The notes below the pieces were generated by a model that was not told the origin of the DNA, did no database searches, and saw only the letters and a list, made by a program, of their open reading frames with translations. Positions 22,584 through 34,348 of a DNA stretch of 64,000 bases are shown here, piece after piece. The position numbers were made by a program, and so were the translations under genes. How positions within the stretch are numbered: the first letter of the stretch is position 1; the number at the start of each line of letters is the position of its first letter. Source of the DNA: Eledone cirrhosa (lineage: Eukaryota). The stretch is from positions 351,850,001 through 351,914,000 of the forward strand of contig OZ024743.1 in assembly GCA_964016885.1 (NCBI GenBank), written 5' to 3'.

Positions 22584-24128
22584 GACAGTTACAGGAAAAG
22601 TACCTAGCTAAAAGTAAGCCACTCTACCTGGCACTCGTCGATCTCGAGAAAGCCTTTGACAGTTCCCTGTGCTATAATCTGGTGGGCTCTTAAAAAACTA
22701 GGAGTAGATGAATGGCTTGTGAAAGCTGTACAAGCCATGTATAGGGGAGCAGTCAGCAAAGTTAGGATTAGCAATGAGTATAGCGAGGAATTTAGCGTAC
22801 AGGTCGGTGTCCACCAGGGCTCTGTTCTTAGCCCTCTCCTATTCATCATAGTCATGCAGGCAACAATGGAGGAGTTTAAGACCAGATGCCCATGGAAACT
22901 CCTGTATGCAGATGACCTCGCACTTATAGCTGAATCTATGGTAGAACTAGAGAAGAAATTCCAAACTTGAAAGCAGGGACTAGAAAGAAAGGGTCTCAAA
23001 GTCAACCTGACAAAGACTAAGGTTTTTGTAAGTAGACGAGAAAACAGAACCCAGATCTCCTCAGGGAAATTGCCTTGCTCAGTATGTAGGTAGGAACTCC
23101 ATTCTCTGCCCCAAATGCAAACAGTGGGTACACAAAAGATGTAGCGGGATCTCAGGAAGCTTAACTAAGAATGTAGGCTTCACATGTAGCAGCTGTGCTG
23201 GGACAGCAAGCAGCAAACAGCCACAGGAAACAAGTACCACCAATCTCTGGGAGGGCTCTGTAGAAACAGTAGACAGCTTCTGTTACCTAGATGACCGAAT
23301 TAGCAGTGGAGGTGGGTGTTCAGAAAGTACAATAATTAGGGTAAGAACGGGATGGATGAAGTTCAGGGAGCTACTGCCACTGCAAAAGGCTTTCCCCTCA
23401 AAATGAATGCGTGTATGTTACATGGTAGTGAGACCTGGGCGCTGACTATGGAAGACTTGCGTAGATTAGAAAGAAACGAAGCCTGCATGCTCCGGTGGAT
23501 ATGTAATAGTAATATACGCGAACGGCAAAGCATAAATGAATTGAGAGAGAGAGACTGAGCAAAAGAGGAATCAAATGCTGGTGCAGGAGAGGCGATTGCG
23601 CTGGTATGGACATGTGATGCGTATGAAGGATGACAGCTGCATAAAAAGGTGCAGAACACTAGAAGTCGATGGAAGCTGCAGAGTGGGGAGACCCAAGAAG
23701 ACCTGGGATGAGGTGATAAAAGCCGACCGTACCCAATTGCACCTCTCAAAGGCAATGACACACGACCATGACCTCTGGCGACACACAGTAATACAGAAGA
23801 CCCGACCACCCACGGGTACAAGCTGAAGCTGAAGCATATAGACATATGCCCCCAGACCCTTCCACTGCAAAGTGGTCGTGGAGGTGCGACGGCAAAAAAG
23901 CACCCAGCCCACACTGTAAAGTGGACGTGTAGGCGCCACGAAAAAAAGCACCCAGCACTCACTGTAAATGAGGTTGGTGTTAGGAAGGGCATCCAGCTGT
24001 AGAAATCAAGCCAGAATCAGTTCCCGTATGAGCAAGACAAGGTCAGCCGACCGGATACTGCCCACAACAGGACAACCCGTCTAACCCATGCTAGCGTGGA
24101 AGAACGGATGTAAAACGATGAGGATGAT
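22584..24128 (+). mobile_element. Decayed RTE family A copy (RT to 3' UTR and (GAT)n tail)
   Basis: Reverse-complement homolog of 12575-14165, with stops and small deletions. Confidence 0.9.
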
Positions 24129-24413
24129 GATATATATATATATATATTTATTATAATTATTATTATTACTTTCAAAGTAAAGGGTGTCATGAATGATACA
24201 AAATTAAACATATCAAACATGTCTTGTCTCTAAAAACAGTACAAGATAGAATTCAGAGAATAAAATCGAGCCTTAATCATTATAAGAAAGTGAACACACA
24301 CACACATGTTTATCTCATTTTGCATTTCAACATTGCTAGTGATGTTATTTGTTTTTTCCCTTTTTTTTCTTTTTTGTTTGCTATTAAATAACATTTGCTT
24401 ATTATTCTTGCAG

Positions 24414-24506
24414 ATTCCTTATACCGAATTCAGTGATCGTTTGACTACTGTGAAAAAAATGCAGTATCTTCAACGTAGGATCAGATCAGCTATTGCTCCT
24501 TCCTAA
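24414..24506 (+). CDS. TBRG4: Last coding exon of the TBRG4/FASTKD4-like gene, end of the RAP domain: IPYTEFSDRLTTVKKMQYLQRRIRSAIAPS*
   Basis: Long polypyrimidine tract plus ttgCAG acceptor (AG at 24412-24413), phase 0 matching the previous exon. Aligns with TBRG4 VPFYEW..QKGAYLKDKMRKAVA. A candidate AATAAA is at 25230. Confidence 0.8.
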   Translation: MPYTEFSDRLTTVKKMQYLQRRIRSAIAPS

Positions 24507-25762
24507 GGAAGAAATAACTGTAAAAACTCCATTTGTATAACATTGACTCTCAATTCTGGTCAGTTTGCAAGCAAGTGTTTTACTTTTATGGAGTTTAATG
24601 GGTAAATGAGAAAAGTGATAGGTTTAAACCATAAATTTACTGATCAAACAAGACGTTTTTAATGTTTGCGTGGTTTTAAAAGTTTATTTAGTAATAATAA
24701 TCAATATTGTTGTTATTATTTATTTATCTGTAATTTTCTTTTTCACATTTTTTTTTTTACATTTAGTGATATATAGTTGCTGTATTCTATAGTTAAGTAA
24801 TACAGTCAGTAATGCAAGATCTTGCATTTCCTTAAGTTAATATTTAGGCAATACATGAAATCTTCACTCATGCACAGATAAATGAAGAGATGAAATAGCT
24901 GTATGGTAGGTAAGTAAAATATTAGACTGCCAGCTCATAGTTCATGAGTACAAACTCATTGCAAGTCTTTCATCATGTCTCTTGGAAAGACACTTTATTC
25001 TACATGTCTCAGTTTACCCAACTGTTGAAAATAGATACAAGATGTCCTGGGAAAGTATATTGCAGTATACTGGCAAAAGAGAGCAAGAAAGATTTGTATA
25101 CTTATTCACTTCTCATGAGAAAATGCAGAACTAGGTACCAGTCCAATCAATATTGACATTGAAAAGATGGAGTTTCTATTTTTTTTTTATTTACAATACA
25201 GTAGTTATTATAGAATATAGGATTTATAAAATAAATGTTAAACTAATTTTATGGAATAGCATTTTATATCTCATGATTGATAAAAGACAGCAGCAAGTAT
25301 TTTAAAGCCATTTTACTTGATAAAACTGGGGGAAATGTCCTGCACACCTGCAGGGGTGTAGTGTACCTATTCTAAACTGAACACAGTCATTGCTGATGAT
25401 CAACATTGAAAATTAATTAAATGCTGCAAGAAAGTAACACTTATGTAAAAATGTTTGTTGAATATTTATATGTAAAATAAGAAACTGTTCAATGTTTTGC
25501 ATGAATTTATGGAATGTACATAGAGGACATGGAGGAATGTGCACAAGGATGAGTAGATGACCAACTAAATGGATGTTAAAACGTATACAGCAAAGACACC
25601 CTATATCTACAAGATTATTTCATTTTCAGATGTTAAGATTTTCTATGTAGAGCTATTTATACATAGATACACATATACTTATATGCATACATATATACAC
25701 ATTTACATACACAAGTGAAAGAAATGTGTTTTAATACATCTGTATGTTGGTCTATCTATATT

Positions 25763-25764
<2 letters not shown>

Positions 25765-25823
<59 letters not shown>

Positions 25824-26215
25824 ATATATATATATATGTTTGTGTGTGTGTGTATATATATATATATGTTTGTGTGTGTGTGTATATATATATATATGTT
25901 TGTGTGTGTGTGTATATATATATATATGTTTGTGTGTGTGTGTATATATATATATATGTTTGTGTGTGTGTGTATATATATATATATGTTTGTGTGTGTG
26001 TGTATATATATATATATGTTTGTGTGTGTGTGTATATATATATATATGTTTGTGTGTGTGTGTATATATATATATATATGTTTGTGTGTGTGTGTGTATA
26101 TATATATATGTTTGTGTGTGTGTGTGTGTATATATATATATGTGTGTGTGTCTATATATATATATGTTTATATATATATATATGTTTATATATATATATA
26201 TATATAGATATATAG

Positions 26216-26246
<31 letters not shown>

Positions 26247-26397
26247 TATATATATATATATGTTTATATATATATATGTATATATGTTTATATATATATA
26301 TATATGTTTATATATATATATGTTTTTATATATATATATATATATGTTTATATATATATATATATATATATATGTGTTTTTATATATATATATATAA
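25765..26397. repeat. (TA)n/(TG)n compound microsatellite containing a 30-bp unit repeated ~8 times
   Basis: tatatatgtttgtgtgtgtgtgtatatata repeats at 25831-26070. Confidence 0.95.
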
Positions 26398-26558
26398 CAA
26401 AGGAATTGTGGTAAGGAACCAGATGGACCATAACGCACCAGAGTACTCAATACTTAGGGTAGTAGAGTGGGAAATAGAAAAAAGTATGACCCCAATGGCA
26501 GAGCTCAAGCCGTTTCGACGGCTATTTCTTGAGCTCAGCCGTCGGGGTCATACTTTTT

Positions 26559-26563
<5 letters not shown>
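26398..26563. repeat. Short hairpin element in (TA)n, likely a Penelope pseudo-LTR remnant
   Basis: aaaaagtatgacccc..gagctcaag / ttgagctc..ggggtcatactttt inverted repeat (26476-26560) around ccgtttcgacgg. Confidence 0.5.
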
Positions 26564-26612
<49 letters not shown>

Positions 26613-26651
26613 TAGATATATATATGTGTATATACATATATATGTTTATAT

Positions 26652-27352
26652 ATCATCATCATCATCATCGTTTAACGTCCAAGTTCCACGCTTGCATGGG
26701 TTTGGACGGGAGTTTTCCCACTTGAGGTAAGAGTGGTTGTCTTGCTCACATAGGACTGTCTGGCGGGTTTTCTACAGCTGGATGCCCTTCCTAACACCAA
26801 CCACATTTACAGTGTGGGGCTGGGAGGTTTTTACTGTGTTGCCTACACGGCCACATTACAGCGTGGACTGTCTGGCGGGTTTTCTACAGCTGGATGCCCT
26901 TCCTAACACCAACCACATTTACAGTGTGGGGCTGGGAGGTTTTTACTGTGTTGCCTACACGGCCACATTACAGCGTGGACTGTCTGGCGGGTTTTCTACA
27001 GCTGGATGCCCTTCCTAACACCAACCACATTTACAGTGTGGGGCTGGGAGGTTTTTACTGTGTTGCCTACACGGCCACATTACAGCGTGGACTGTCTGGC
27101 GGGTTTTCTACAGCTGGATGCCCTTCCTAACACCAACCACATTTACAGTGTGGGACTGGGAGGTTTTTACCGTGTTGCCTACACGGCCACATTACAGCGT
27201 GGACTGTGTGTTTTTTTGTCGTGACACCTACACGATCTCATTTGTTTCGGCCTGGATGCTGTGGCACCAACATAACTTTACATTGAAAGGGGTGGGGTGG
27301 ATGGGGGGGGGGGTGTTTTGTTAGAGATGCCTACTGACTGTAGTAGGTTTTA
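26652..27352 (-). mobile_element. RTE family B 3'-UTR fragment with an internal 112-bp unit tandemly repeated 4 times (26753-27200)
   Basis: Matches 19080-19450. The period of 112 is visible in ORF starts 26894/27006/27118. Confidence 0.9.
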
Positions 27353-27492
27353 CTTATATATATGTATATATATATATATGTTTATATATATGTTTATAAA
27401 TATGTGTATATAAATATATCATCATCACCATCATCTTCGTTTAACATCCACTTTCCACGCTAGCATGGGTATATATGTGTATATATATATAC

Positions 27493-29232
27493 AGTACAAA
27501 AGTGTGTTTACATGTCCACTGAGGCACATGCAAATAACAAAGCCAGAGGAGTTCTTTGATGCCACAACACTACATGAAGAAATGGCGACCATCAACCACA
27601 TAGACATAACGGAGGAGGATGTGGTATATGCCATAGATGAAATTAGAATAGACTCAGCTACTGGACCTGATGGATTCCCAGCGGGCCTTAGCAACTCCAC
27701 TGAAGACTCTCTTCAGAAGCTCTTGGCTAGCGGTATACTACCCAGGGAGCTGAAAGAAGGCACAATATGCCCTATCCATGAAGGAGGTAGCAGAGCGGAG
27801 GCCAAAAACTATAGGCCAGTCTCACTGACGTCGCATATCAGTAAGGTCATGGAGCGAGTCGTCAAAAAGAAACTGATCACTTTCCTCAATATAAAATGAC
27901 TGCCTGACTAGCACGCAGCATGGCTTCCGCCCAGGAAGAAGCTGCATTACACAGCTGCTACATCACTACGACTGGGTACTGAAACAACTGCTAGACAGCT
28001 CACATGTGGATGTGATATATCTTGACTTTGCGAAGGCCTTTGACAAGGTCGACCACGGAATGATATCTCACAAACTACACGGACTCGGAAAAGTAGGTGA
28101 GTGGCTGCATAACTTCGTAAAGGACAGAAGCCAGACAGTCGCAGCAAGCGGGGCCCTCTCAAAGGAAACATCAATAACAAGTGGGGTGCCACAATGGATA
28201 GTCCTGGGACCACTACAGTTTTTTGGTGGCTCTCTCAGACATGCCCTCTGTAGTACATACAACAACATCCCTCACTAGCCATGTTGATGACACTAAGGTA
28301 GCACAGGCAATCAAAAATCCGGCTGACGCTGTCCTTTTACAACAAGATCTGGATGCCATATATAAATGGGCGGAAGAAAACAACATGCAGTTTAATGCTG
28401 GCAAATTCCAAGCTCTACAATACAAATATAGTACAACACAGTTACACAGGACCAGGAGGGACCGATATCCCCGTGTTAAAATCAATACGAGACCTGGCTA
28501 TAGACATGAGCGATGATGCATCTTTTTCCTCACACATGATGAAAGTGGCGACAATGTGCAGACGACTCGCTGGCTGGATCTTGAGGACTTTCCGGACAAG
28601 AGACCGAGACACCATGTTGACACTATGGAGGACATTTGTCCTAAGCCGCCTGGACTACTGCTCCCAGTTGTGGTCACCCCATAGTGTCAAACTAACCATG
28701 GAGCTTCACCAAGAGGATTGCCACGATGAAGGAGATAAGCTACTGGGAGAGGCTAAAAGAACTGAAACTCTACTCCTTGGAATGAAGACGGGAGATACAC
28801 GCAGTGATCTACATGCGGAAAATCCTGGAGGGACTAGCACCAAACTTTGGCATTGGGAGCTGGACCAACCTTCGAACAGGACGTTACTGTGTGGTGCCAA
28901 AGGTCCCGTCTTCCACATCTAGAATAAGGCGCAGATATTGCAATAGCTTGGGATTCAAGGGCCCTCAACTCTTCAACAAGCTGCCGAGGGATCTGAGAGA
29001 TCTGCATGGTGTGGAGGTGGATGTCTTCAAGAAACATCTCGACACCTTGCTATCCAGGATCCCGGATGAGCCCACATCAAGGTATGAGGGAAACCTAAGG
29101 GCAGCAGCAACAAACTCCCTCTTACACCAGTCGCCAACCAATACAGGCTGGAGATTAAATGTGTAGCAACAAGGGCGGTGCCCCAGCATGGCCTCAGCCG
29201 GATGGCTGGAACAGGTAATAGAGTAAAAGAGT
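27493..29232 (+). mobile_element. Decayed, 5'-truncated CR1/L2-group LINE (RT + 3' end)
   Basis: ATGPDG, NYRPVSLTSHISKVMER, DVIYLDFAKAFDKVDH, SGVPQ.IVLGPL, DDTK, MQFNAGKFQAL, SRLDYCSQLWSP; frameshifted. Confidence 0.85.
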
Positions 29233-29295
29233 ATATGTTTATATATATATGTGTATATATATATGTTTATATATATATATATGTGTATATATATA

Positions 29296-30158
29296 CAGGG
29301 TGAGGACGATATTTGTTCGCAATTTTCAACTGCTAATTTTATGCAAATTTTTTTTACTTCCGTTGTCACTCTTGTCTTCATAAAAACAGTGACTATATTT
29401 CCATTATTTATTTTCAGAATAATTGATTATGAATAATTTTGAACCTCCAAATTTGTGGAAGAGACACGGAGTTCTTCTTGGAATCCGCGCCGGGAGGACA
29501 AATAAGGCCAGAAGATCAACTCCCAGAACAACAGGTGGCTCGCTGTCTCATCCAAAGACGTGCCCAGAGTCATGCAGACAAAGTTTCCAGCGATAACATT
29601 GGTCTTAGGTGTCGTCAGTAGTCAAGGTGACCACATGCCACCTTACTTCTTCCCTGAGGGCCTCAAGCTGAACACCGATGGCTACATCCGCGTTCTGAGC
29701 GAGGTAGTAAAGCCCTGGATCGACCAGGTAGCTGCAGGTAGGCCGTACGTGTGGCAGCAAGACTCAGCGCCCTGCCATACCAGCCGAAAGACCCAAGCCT
29801 GGCTGTCAGATAACTTCGTCGACCACCCTTCACCTGACATCTGGCCTCCCAGCTCAAAAAACCCCCTCAACTTCTTTGTGTGGGGCGCAGTGGACCGAGA
29901 CGCCAACAGATCTAGCTGCAATACGAAAGACGATCTGAAGGCCATGATCACAAGTGCGTTTAGGGGCCTAAGTCAGGGGACAGTGACGATGGCCTGAAGC
30001 CGTCATCAAAGCCAATGGCGGGTTTATCGAGTGAGATCGAAAGAACAAGTCATGAAGACAAACTGACCCAAGTTTGATAAATAAATCTTAAAAAATAAAA
30101 CTACTGTGTTATTTATTCCTAGACAGTCATCTTGCGAACAAATATCGTCCGCACCCTG
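29296..30158 (+). mobile_element. Internally deleted Tc1/mariner-superfamily transposon, DD37D (maT)-like
   Basis: TIRs cagggtgaggacgatatttgttcgcaa / ttgcgaacaaatatcgtccgcaccctg with TA flanks. Transposase fragment 29560-29997 WQQDSAPCH..WPPSS.NPL.FFVWG; spacing fits D37D once a 2-codon deletion is restored. Confidence 0.85.
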
Positions 30159-30417
30159 TATATATATATGTGTGTGTGTATATGTATATATATATATATA
30201 TATGTGTATATATATGTACATATGTCTATATATATATATATGTGTATATATATGTACATATGTCTATATATATATATATGTGTATATATATGTACATATG
30301 TCTATATATATGTATATATATATATGTGTGTATATATATGTATATATGTCTATATATATGTATATATATATATATATGTGTGTGTGTGTATATATGTATA
30401 TATATATATATATATAA

Positions 30418-30775
30418 AGTTAAATAAAAAGTCAAATGATTAAAATTTAGCTTCGTTTATTGCTGCTATATATATTTCAGTGACAGCCATCTTTGGCTGT
30501 GACCTCTTCAGGCAGTTTGAATTAGTATGGTATAGACAAGTACATATGTTGTTGAGGTGTATAATATTGTCAATACTCTGATATGCCCAGTTCCTGGTTG
30601 GGGTGTTATTTCACTTATAGCAGTAATAAACAAAGCTAAATTTTAATCATTTGACTTTTTATTTAACTTTATTTTACACTACTCCGGAGTAACCAAACCA
30701 ACCTGCGCACTTCGTTGAGTGCTCCAGCCTGCATACTGAGGTGTTGGTATACAACCAACATAAACTCAAAATCTA
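30418..30775 (-). mobile_element. Penelope-type pseudo-LTR fragment with terminal inverted repeat (30418-30470 / 30616-30670)
   Basis: aaagttaaataaaaagtcaaatgattaaaatttagc is mirrored at 30635-30670. Contains a hammerhead and is flanked by (TA)n. Confidence 0.65.
30463..30515 (-). ncRNA. Minimal type I hammerhead ribozyme
   Basis: Minus strand: ctgc-CTGAAGA-ggtc acagcc aaagat ggctgt cact-GAAA-tatata-TA-gcag, with a palindromic stem III. Confidence 0.8.
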
Positions 30776-30975
30776 TATATATATATATGTATATATATAT
30801 ATAGGTATATATATGTATATATATATATATGTATATATATGTATATATACATATATATGTATATATATGTATGTATATATATATATATGTATGTATGTAT
30901 GTATATGTATATATATGTATATATATGTATATATATGTATATGTATATGTATGTATATGTATATATATGTATATT

Positions 30976-31006
<31 letters not shown>

Positions 31007-31039
31007 GTATGTATATATATATGTATGTATATATATATG

Positions 31040-31637
31040 TCAGGTCACCAGTTGGTGCTACTAGTAACATGTATCCTAGTACAACCTGTCTCATGGTCGG
31101 GTCGTTGGCGACTAAACTGGCAACCCCACCAAGGTTTCTTGGTGAGGTTGGACATCCTGTAGGACTAAAAACAAAACCTGTCAAAGGGCAAAGGAGCTCT
31201 TAAGAGTCAATGGCCATCCAAAATCACCGGGAGAGATGACCCCTTAGCCTTTGTCAAGGCAGAATTCTAGGAGAAGGAAAACTCTGATATAACATCTGCA
31301 ACCCTGATGGTATCCAATGATGTTGACTTGTTCTTCTTTTTGGTAAATATCATCTTGGTTAAGAGAGTGGGACTGGCTTTGTGCAGTGCCTTTGTTCACT
31401 ATAAAAGCTTCACGGCACAGGCATTGCTTTATATCTGGAGATCTCTCTGCACTTGTCGTCACATGGTACCATGGGCCCAGCACTATGTATCAATAATTGT
31501 CACAAGTGTAGTGTTTGTACCAGAGTTTACAAGTCGCTGGCTGGACTAAAAAGTCACACTCGTTCCGTGCATCGGTAGGGGTTCTCCTACATGGATATAA
31601 AGTAGTGGCCGTACTCGAAAACGAGTTGGCAGCCACC
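31040..31637. mobile_element. Unclassified interspersed-repeat fragment, possibly derived from an RTE 5' UTR
   Basis: GC-richer block inserted in (TA)n. The ggagaaggaaaactctga motif recalls RTE 5' UTRs. No ORF support. Confidence 0.3.
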
Positions 31638-31661
31638 ATATATATTTATATATATATATAT

Positions 31662-31995
31662 CATCATTTCATTTTATGTCCGCTTTTTCCCTGCTTGCAA
31701 GGGTGGGACAGGAACTGATTCTGGCTTGATTTCTACAGCTGGATGCCTTTCCTAACACCAACCTCATTTACTGTGAGTGCTGGGTGGATTTTTACCGTGG
31801 CACCTCCACGACCACTTTGCAGTGGAATGATATGGACCCCAGTCCCTATCATCTCATTTCTACAGCTGAGTAAACTGGAGCAATGTGAAATGAAGTGTCT
31901 TGCTCAAGGAAACAACACATCACCCGGTCTGAGAATTGAACTCACAACCTTTCGATTGCAAGGCCAATGCTCTAACCACTAAGCTATTTGCCTCC
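31662..31995 (-). mobile_element. Second copy of the tRNA-head/RTE-tail SINE
   Basis: Colinear and highly similar to 17018-17357. Confidence 0.8.
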
Positions 31996-32033
31996 ATATA
32001 TATATGTATATATGTATATGTATATATGTGTAT

Positions 32034-32074
<41 letters not shown>

Positions 32075-32284
32075 TGTATTTATATGTATATGTATTTATA
32101 TATATATATATGTGTGTGTATATATATATACATATATATATATGTGTATATATATATATATATGTATATATATATGTGTATATATGTATATATATATATG
32201 TGTGTATATATGTATATATATATATATATGTGTGTGTATATATGTATATACTGTATATATATATGTATATACTGTATATATATA

Positions 32285-33551
32285 CGAGGGGGGATCAAAA
32301 GGTTCGCGGAATGTTATCGTAGTAAGAAAAAAATAGGTTAAAACAATATTAAACATGTCAGAACATTGACACAGGATGTTTACCTTGCTATTAGTCACTT
32401 GCAGTCAGTTATGCGTGGACTATTGTACAGTACTGACACACTTTAAAAAACCTCTTTTTGGAACAATGGAAAATAGTTATTTTGAGATAAGATCGAATAT
32501 CAAGTTTCTGGTGAAACTCAAATGGAAGGGACACAGATTATGGAGGCTTTAGTTAAAGTTTACGGTACTACTGCTCCAAAGAAAACTGCTGTCTACAAGT
32601 GGATTCAGCGATTCACACAAGGGAGAGACGACCATCGCAGTGGAAGACTAGGAACATCAAAAAATGACCAAACGTTGAGGCTGCTCAGACTTTAATTGAA
32701 GAAGATCGAAGAATAACAGTTAATCAGTTAGCTAAGTCCCTAGACATTTCATATGGTTCGGCAAATTCAATTCTGCACGATAATTTGGGACTAAGCAAGC
32801 TTTCAGTGCGATGGGTCCCAAAAGCGTTGTGCTCTGATCAGCTGATTCTTCGAAGTGATCTGTCTTTGGCGATATTAAACAAAATTGAAGTTGATCTTCC
32901 TGACCAGAATCATCACCGGAGATGAAACCTGGATCTACCAGTATGATCCTGAATACAAACAGCAGTCAAAACAGTGGCTTCCACGTGGATCATCGGGGCC
33001 AATCAAGTTCAAATCTCAAAACTCGAATCAAAAAGTGATGGCCACCATTTTCTGGGATTCAGATGGGGTGATACTAATAGATTATCTTGAAGGTCAAAGA
33101 ACTGTGACAGGAGCTTACTATGCAAATGTTTTAAGGAAACTGAAAGAGGCATTAGTCAAGAAACGAAAAGGGAAACTTCATGGTGGGATCTTGTTTGACC
33201 ATGACAATGCACCAGCGCATTCTGCGCGGGTTGCACAAGAAGTTCTTCGAGAATTTCGATGGGAAGTGCTTCCTCACCCACCTTATAGTCCAGATTTAGC
33301 CCCATCAGACTTTTTCCTCTTTCCCAAACTCAAAGAAATGCTAAAAGGAACCCGTTTTAGTGGTGTTGAAGAAGCGAAAAACACTGCCAACACATGGATT
33401 CGAACATGGCTTACGAAGCTGGAAGCATCGCCTTGTGAAATGTATTGACCTGGATGGCAACTATGTAGAAAAATAAATTGAAGGTAAATCATATTTTTTG
33501 AAAAATAGAATATTTTCAGAAAAATTCCGTGAACTTTTTGATCCCCCCTCG
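32285..33551 (+). mobile_element. Full-length but decayed mariner (DD34D) transposon
   Basis: TIRs cgaggggggatcaaaaggttcgcggaat / attccgtgaactttttgatcccccctcg with TA flanks. Transposase motifs RWVPK, ITGDETW, HDNAPAH, HPPYSPDLAPSDFFLF; frameshifted from ATG ~32466. Confidence 0.92.
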
Positions 33552-33555
33552 TATA

Positions 33556-33592
<37 letters not shown>

Positions 33593-33594
33593 TG

Positions 33595-33632
<38 letters not shown>

Positions 33633-33867
33633 CTGTATATCTATATATATATGTATATATATGTATATATATATATGTATATATATATATATGTATATAT
33701 ATGTATGTATATATATGTATATGTATATATGTGTATATATATGTATATGTATATATGTGTATATATATATATGTGTATATATATGTATATATATATATGT
33801 GTATATATATGTGTATATATATATATGTGTATATATATGTATATATATATATGTGTATATATATGTG

Positions 33868-33898
<31 letters not shown>

Positions 33899-33985
33899 GT
33901 ATATATATGTATATATATATATATGTATATATATGTATATATATGTATATATATATATATGTATATATATGTATATATATATATG

Positions 33986-34048
<63 letters not shown>

Positions 34049-34059
34049 GTATATATATG

Positions 34060-34092
<33 letters not shown>

Positions 34093-34348
34093 GTATATAT
34101 ATGTATGTATATATATATATATGTATATATATGTATATATATGTATATATATGTATATATTTATGTATATATATATGTATATGTATGTATATGTATATAT
34201 ATGTATGTATATATATATATATGTATATATATGTATATATATGTATATATTTATGTATATATATATGTATATGTATGTATATGTATATATATGTATATGT
34301 ATATATATATATGTATATGTATATATATATATATGTATATAATATATA
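33552..34348. repeat. (TA)n/(TATG)n microsatellite
   Basis: Directly visible. Confidence 0.95.

Noticed and set aside
31040-31320. HDV-like ribozyme in an RTE-like 5' fragment
   Set aside because: I could not build the nested double pseudoknot by eye; a descriptor search is needed.
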